From Ptychomitrium polyphyllum (lineage: Eukaryota): 64,000 nucleotides of DNA. A model generated the notes under the pieces. That model searched no databases and was not told the DNA's origin. It saw nothing but the letters and a program-made list of their open reading frames with translations. Of this stretch, positions 58,401 through 64,000 are shown piece after piece; within the stretch, counting starts at the first letter, position 1; each line of letters opens with the position of its first letter. The translations under genes and the position numbers were made by a program. The stretch covers positions 18,166,001-18,230,000 of the forward strand of contig OZ316775.1 of the NCBI GenBank assembly GCA_973851085.1. Reading direction: 5' to 3'.

Positions 58401-61400
58401 TTCACGTTCTTTATTAGTAGTCTTTGCCTTGAAATAAACAACTTCTTATGTTTTCACATACCTTATAAAAGAAAAATTAACTATGACAGAATGAATATTT
58501 AAATTTATCATTTAACAAGCTCTTAGAGAAGGGCATTGTCAAAAAATTAAGAAAACTTTTGATGTATCATTTATGTACTTTGTGGTTAGAAATCATACAA
58601 AGTTTAATTCTACAGTGGCCTATCATGATATAGCATACTAGTGTGTATCAGATATATCTAGTAAAACAGCAAGTTCAAAAGCTAATATAAAATCAGTTTC
58701 CAAGCTTGCAGAACACATCCCTAAGCTTGTTGATGTCCCACGTCTACAGATTCCACAGTTCAGCTTGACCGCAATGTCACCCCTCTCACAACGTAGGAGA
58801 CTAGACACCAGTTAATCATCTGCTCTAAAGAACTCAAGAACTCCCTGCTAAGATAGAAGAGCTGGATCATAAGCAGCTTTCTCACAAACTACATACAGGA
58901 TGTATTACAGCTTCAAAGTTCAGCTGGTTATTATGCATGGAGTCACCAAGCTCAGAAATCCTTTAACTGGCATTTTATCTGAAAGAACAAAAAATCCAAT
59001 AAAACTGTATGTAGCCTCAAACTGTTGTGCATACATATTAGAGTTGTGCTCAAATTGAATGTTCAACTGGAGAAGGAAAAAATGAGCTTAGCTTCTGTGT
59101 AGCTTGCAAGTATTCACAACAAGTCAATAGTCGCAATAATAACAGCCACCTTTAAAAATTAAATTTTGAAAATTGATTTGTGCACACTCACAGTTCCCCA
59201 AGCAACAGCCGGCAAGGGCCACAATACTTGAAATTGGCCATTACATAAGTCCCACTGCCATTCTCTGTAGCTGCAGCCACATGATTGGAAAGGATCGGGG
59301 AATCTAGCCATCCCTGCTGACCAAATTCTTTTGTTGATGAGCGGCCTGCTTTTGCAGAGCCAACTCATACCCTATCAGTGATTAGCTACCATAGAAGGTT
59401 GTAGTAAGTTCACAGTAAGTGTGTAATGCCTGACGAATGCAGCGCCACCTCTGTCAGTTCAAGTCATGTTATATTACCCAATCCATTTTGAAATATTTGG
59501 ACCATGATCTGTCCCTCTAATATATATTGTTCAACGAAACCAAGAAGAAGGAGATCCTACCTCAAAGGAAAAATGATTAAAAGATGGGGAGCCTTCGTGG
59601 CAAACATCAAGAAACCTTGTAAGCAGCTTCAAATAAATACCCAATTTAGTTGATTGATATATCTATCAGCAAGTTAGTCATTTTGCAGTGCTACTTTTTC
59701 ATATTCTTTGGTACCAAGTAAGTTTCCTACAAGGCACCCAAGGTACATGTGTTCCGTTCATCCTATGTATCTGAAAAGGGTTGTCGTTATAAAATTAGAT
59801 TCTAAAATTATACGATTCTTTCATTGTAAGTATTCCATATTTACAGGACTCTTGTCACATCATATTTCTTAGTTACTGACCTTCATGCTCCAAATCTTAC
59901 CCCTGAATAGATTTGAACTCTGTAAGTCAATAATCAACTATAGTGATGTGACAAGAGCAACTAATCTCGTGTAACCGCGTGGTACCTGTGAGTTGTTTCC
60001 TTGCAATATTACACTCCACGTAATATCGAAAATGCATACCTGCAATAACGTTATCAGTTTTTCTCATCATAATTAAAAATCCTGTCTGTTTCTTTTCCTG
60101 GAGAGGGATGTTGAATTCCTATTTTACCAACACTGAAGCACCCCTGCGGCCAAAATCATAGTGATTAAGTTACCGGTATTCTCAGAACAAGTGATTTGAT
60201 ATGGAGCGAACAATCCCAGAAGGGCTGGTGAACTTCTCATCCCTGCATGCCCTTATATAATGGTGCTACTCCGCCCTCAGCATGGCTACCTGGGATTCGC
60301 CCTCGTGCTGGCTGCCATAACCGATTGCAATCTCCGCCTCACTCCCCTGCCAGCATTCTGACCAGATTCAAAACTCTTAGTGACGACGTTCACTCACTTC
60401 CCTTCAAGTCTCACCATTATCATTAACCACCTACAGTGCAGCCTGCTGCTCAATTCTCCAGGTTTTCAATCCACTAGCCCACTGCTCATCTGCGTGTAAA
60501 CAGTATCCTTGCTGCATCAGACGGTACTCACCCACTACCGGCCGCGCCGTAGTTCGGTTCTGAACGTGCCCACTTCCGCTGCGGTACACAATTGCGTACT
60601 AGCACATTTCAAACGTACTTGCACCAAGGATCTTTCCAAAGTAGGCTATTAAGTGAGAAACAGCTAAGAGAGAAAAGCCGGCCAGTAGCGGGTCGCAGTC
60701 TTCTCTTCGTCTCCGTTTCTTTGACTGTAGATATAAGCTGGTTCTTCCCTCTTGCCTGGTATATATGGGTCGGTGCAGACATTTCGTCCTGCCGTTTTAG
60801 GAAAAATTTCCGATTTTTCCTGGGGCTGTTAAGACTGGAAGCAAAGGCTGTATGTGCTTTGACTCGCAGGCGCGTGGATCGGTGTTGGATGGGTGTGAAT
60901 ATGTCGTCGAGTGACACTGTCGATGTTTGACAAGATAGTTGGCGCTTGCAGTGGTTTCTGCACAGTCGACGTGGTTCAACTCGAGGGTCCATTTAAGGCA
61001 ACCCGCGCTCCAAACTGTCGACTTGGAAGGAAGGGGCCGAGAGGAGAAATACCTTCAACTGTGGAATTTTTTATTCCCTAGCTGCTGGATTGTGACTTGT
61101 TCCCAAATAGACTGGGGGAAGCGTCGCTAGTACTACTTGGTCGAAGCTTGGTGGAAGGTTGTGGAGGTTCAGTATACTTGAGCTTCCACAATGGTGTGGA
61201 AGATGGGTGAGGTTTCTGCCATGAACCTTGGTCCTTACAACTGCTTAATCCTGTGAGATATTGTTGATCCTGTGCGAACTTCATGCTCTCTCGTGTTACC
61301 TAAGCGGTCTGAGATCATCTTGTGACCAATCGAGCCTTATCTCGTTTGAGCAGGTAGGACGGAATGGGGTTGAATTTACGAGTAATCTTGGAGGTAGACG

Positions 61401-61642
61401 CTTCGGTCAGCTGCGCTAGTGCTAGTTCGGAGCTACGGAGGATGGTGATGATCTTGGGCGTCATTGAAGATCATTTTCGCCATTGAAGCTTGATCTTGCT
61501 GTGACCGTTCGAACTGGGATTGATCGAACCAGAGCTGCATTGCGAGAGTGGTGGGGTGTTGGTATCGATAACGCTCTCTATGGTCACCTGCATTCAAGTT
61601 GTCGATGGTAAGCGGTGGGAAGGGGAGCTGGCCGAGCAGGCC

Positions 61643-64000
61643 ATGAAGAGCTCCAGACCTCTAGTCTATGATGTGGAGACCGGAAGCCTTCGCTACTGCA
61701 AATCCAGAGCTGTCCTTAACTCCCGCCTGAAATCCCCTGACCCAAACGTCAAAGTGGGTCATGAACAATTAGGAGACGACAACCTAGCTCAGCACAAACT
61801 CCTCGGCAAGCTCAACTGCGGAGGCGGATCAGGTACTGCATCTTCTTATACACCATCCACAACCGCTCCATTATGCTTTTTCAACATCTGTGTGAGTACG
61901 CATTCTGGTGAGATTTGAAGCTTACGCTCTGCATTTCAAGTCTCGTAACCCTAGGGCCTAAACATTGAAAAGATGTTGTGTTCGGAAGTCCTTAATTTAA
62001 AAGTGAACTCTATTTTGGTGAACCTGAGCAAAAGATTGTCCTCGAAGACCTTGTTTGCTCAACTTTATATTGTTGTTGGAAGTGAAGGTGAGAGTAGTCC
62101 CACATGTGTGATACAAAACTCGGCCCTGCGGAGCAATTCCAGTAGTCCAACCATGTCCACAATTTCCAAGGCGTCCAGTGACTCAGGCAGGAAGTCACGT
62201 AACCTGGAAGGAAGATCATGCAGTGCGAGTACGAAGTTTGCGATGATTGCGTCGTCCCCAGAACATGATAAGGAATTCGCTGCTGGTGCGTCCCCTGCAT
62301 CGGAGCCCTACAAGGTGATTTCTTTCAAGCTCAAATTTGTTTTGAACACAATCTCTTAGGTCAGAAACTGACCCCTCTAGTTGCACGTGCAATATGCTCA
62401 TCAATGTTTTGCCAACAAATACAATCTTTCTTGCTCCAATTTGGTCAGTAACTGTATTCTTTGGTCCTGGTGGGCTCTAACGTTGGCTGTAATCCATGAC
62501 GACTACATGATCTCAGATTGGGAATGTTCGCGGGGTAAAAAGGCTTGGCAACAACACTTCTGGAAGGTCGGGACTGAAAGGTAAAGCCCAGAGCTACTTG
62601 CTTGTGTCTGTATGTTTTCAGTCTACGTACTATTGAACGTTGAAATGTTTGTATTACGTTGTTAAGACCGTGGTTGTATTACAGCTAGACGCATTCATAG
62701 ATGTTAGTGGCAGATCCTATGTCTTTCATAGAAATCTGCCTCAAACTAATCTATGCTGTATCAAGTTTAAGATAACTCAGATCTTGCAATTGTCATCCAG
62801 ACCCGCCACTTCGGCGATTAGAGAATGATTCCAGCTGCACGAAAGACAATGGTTGGACAATTTCACTTGACGATTCAAGAGGGGACGTGAAAGAAGCCGA
62901 GACTCCCCCTTTCAAGTCCATTCAGTGCGCAGTGGCAGACAAAACCCTCGAAGCAGCAAAGCATAAGAAAAGCCCCGGCAGTATATCGCGGCCTTCCTCA
63001 CAATCCGCCAGCATCATGCATAAGTCCCCAGGCATCTTCAGCTTCAACGCAACCTACGTGTCGAGAGCCGACTCCGACCTAGACGATTTCGACCAAATCC
63101 TTGTGGACACCCCAAAAGAAATCATCGACCTCTCGCGCAGGACGTTCATGACGCCGCTCCTGAAACCCACTCCCTCAAAGTGGGACGATGCAGAGAAGTG
63201 GTTGCCGGGAAGTGAAGCCCTAAATCCTGCTAGAGCAAAATCCAGGAGTGGCCCTCTGTTGGTCCAGATGGTGACGAGTCAAGCTGGTTTGTCAATCCCA
63301 TGGAAAGGTCATCTCTTTGGGCAAGTTAGGGAATCGGGGTTAGGGCAGCGCGTTGAAGCTGAAGAAATGGACGGAGAACCTGTTGTGAAGAGCGTGGCCA
63401 CTTCGATTGTTAACTCTAAATTGGTAACAGATGTGATTGATTTCACAGCTGACGAGAAGGAGCACTTGAACTTGTTGCTTGACCGATACTCGGTGGAGAG
63501 AGGTGAGGTGCTCAGCGATGGAAGCTTGTCCCCATCTTGTACGAATGGTAGCTTCATGAAACTGGGTTCAAGAATGGAGAAACCCTTCGTGCTAAAATCC
63601 TCACCTGAAACTCGGGATATGGGTACTGCAATGACGCCAATTCCATCGCTGGAGCCTTCTCGAACCGGCACCCCTCTGAGAGCAACCACTCCTGAGAAGA
63701 GTCCAGATGACATCGAAGGACGATCTTTTGAGGGTTCTAAGATGATCGTTAGTTGCGACAACGATGCAGATAGCGGAACGAGCAAAAATGAAGCTGCAGA
63801 GTCTCCAAGGGCGCTGACTGAGAAGGAGTTGCAGGAGAAGACCAGACAGGAGATTGTGGCTCTGGGGACGCAGCTGGGAAAAGCTAACATTGCAGCGGCT
63901 TGGGCTGCAAGGGATGCCAAGGAATCTGCAATTATCAAGAAAACTAGTAAGGCTACACTTGACTTGGAAAACATTCGCAAAGACGCGTGTGCCTCGAGAG
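61643..64000 (+). CDS. Remorin, group 6 (long N-terminus), 3'-truncated by the window edge; start codon tentative
   Basis: The large exon from 62801 contains PTPSKWDDAEKW, TRDMGTAMTPIPSLEPSRTGTPLRATTP and LTEKELQEKTRQEIVALGTQLGKANIAAWA. Upstream exons (61643-61831, ~62088-62314, ~62517-62580) join in phase. Confidence 0.85.

Noticed and set aside
59190..59330. Minus-strand YCGPCRLL thioredoxin-like motif
   Set aside because: Isolated motif. The flanks do not fit a thioredoxin fold and I found no further exons.
63309..63980. 223-aa minus-strand ORF
   Set aside because: Antisense shadow of the remorin exon.

Overview
Eukaryotic nuclear DNA from a land plant. Intron-rich genes, very AT-rich spacers and the gene families present suggest a moss such as Physcomitrium (inference). 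I can support 11 apparently intact protein genes: RWA/Cas1p O-acetyltransferase, a DUF6737 plastid membrane protein, a CTF4/AND-1 homologue, an EMB2735-like protein, a class-3 lipase, plastid NDPK2, a SelK-like protein, glyoxalase II, a PRXL2/SelU-family redoxin, MAN1, and a group-6 remorin that runs off the right end. There is also one orphan ORF, one tRNA-Val(CAC), clear GH5 mannanase and F-box pseudogenes, a probable LRR remnant and a 40-bp x10 minisatellite. No CRISPR array, intact transposon or operon-like system is evident. The most notable oddities are a CTF4 homologue with no N-terminal WD40 propeller, a lipase with a PxQY-repeat tail, a SelK homologue ending in TGA next to its Cys cluster, and a candidate pre-miRNA-like fold-back. 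Exon structures were assembled by eye from GT/AG signals and recalled family motifs. No database searches were run.
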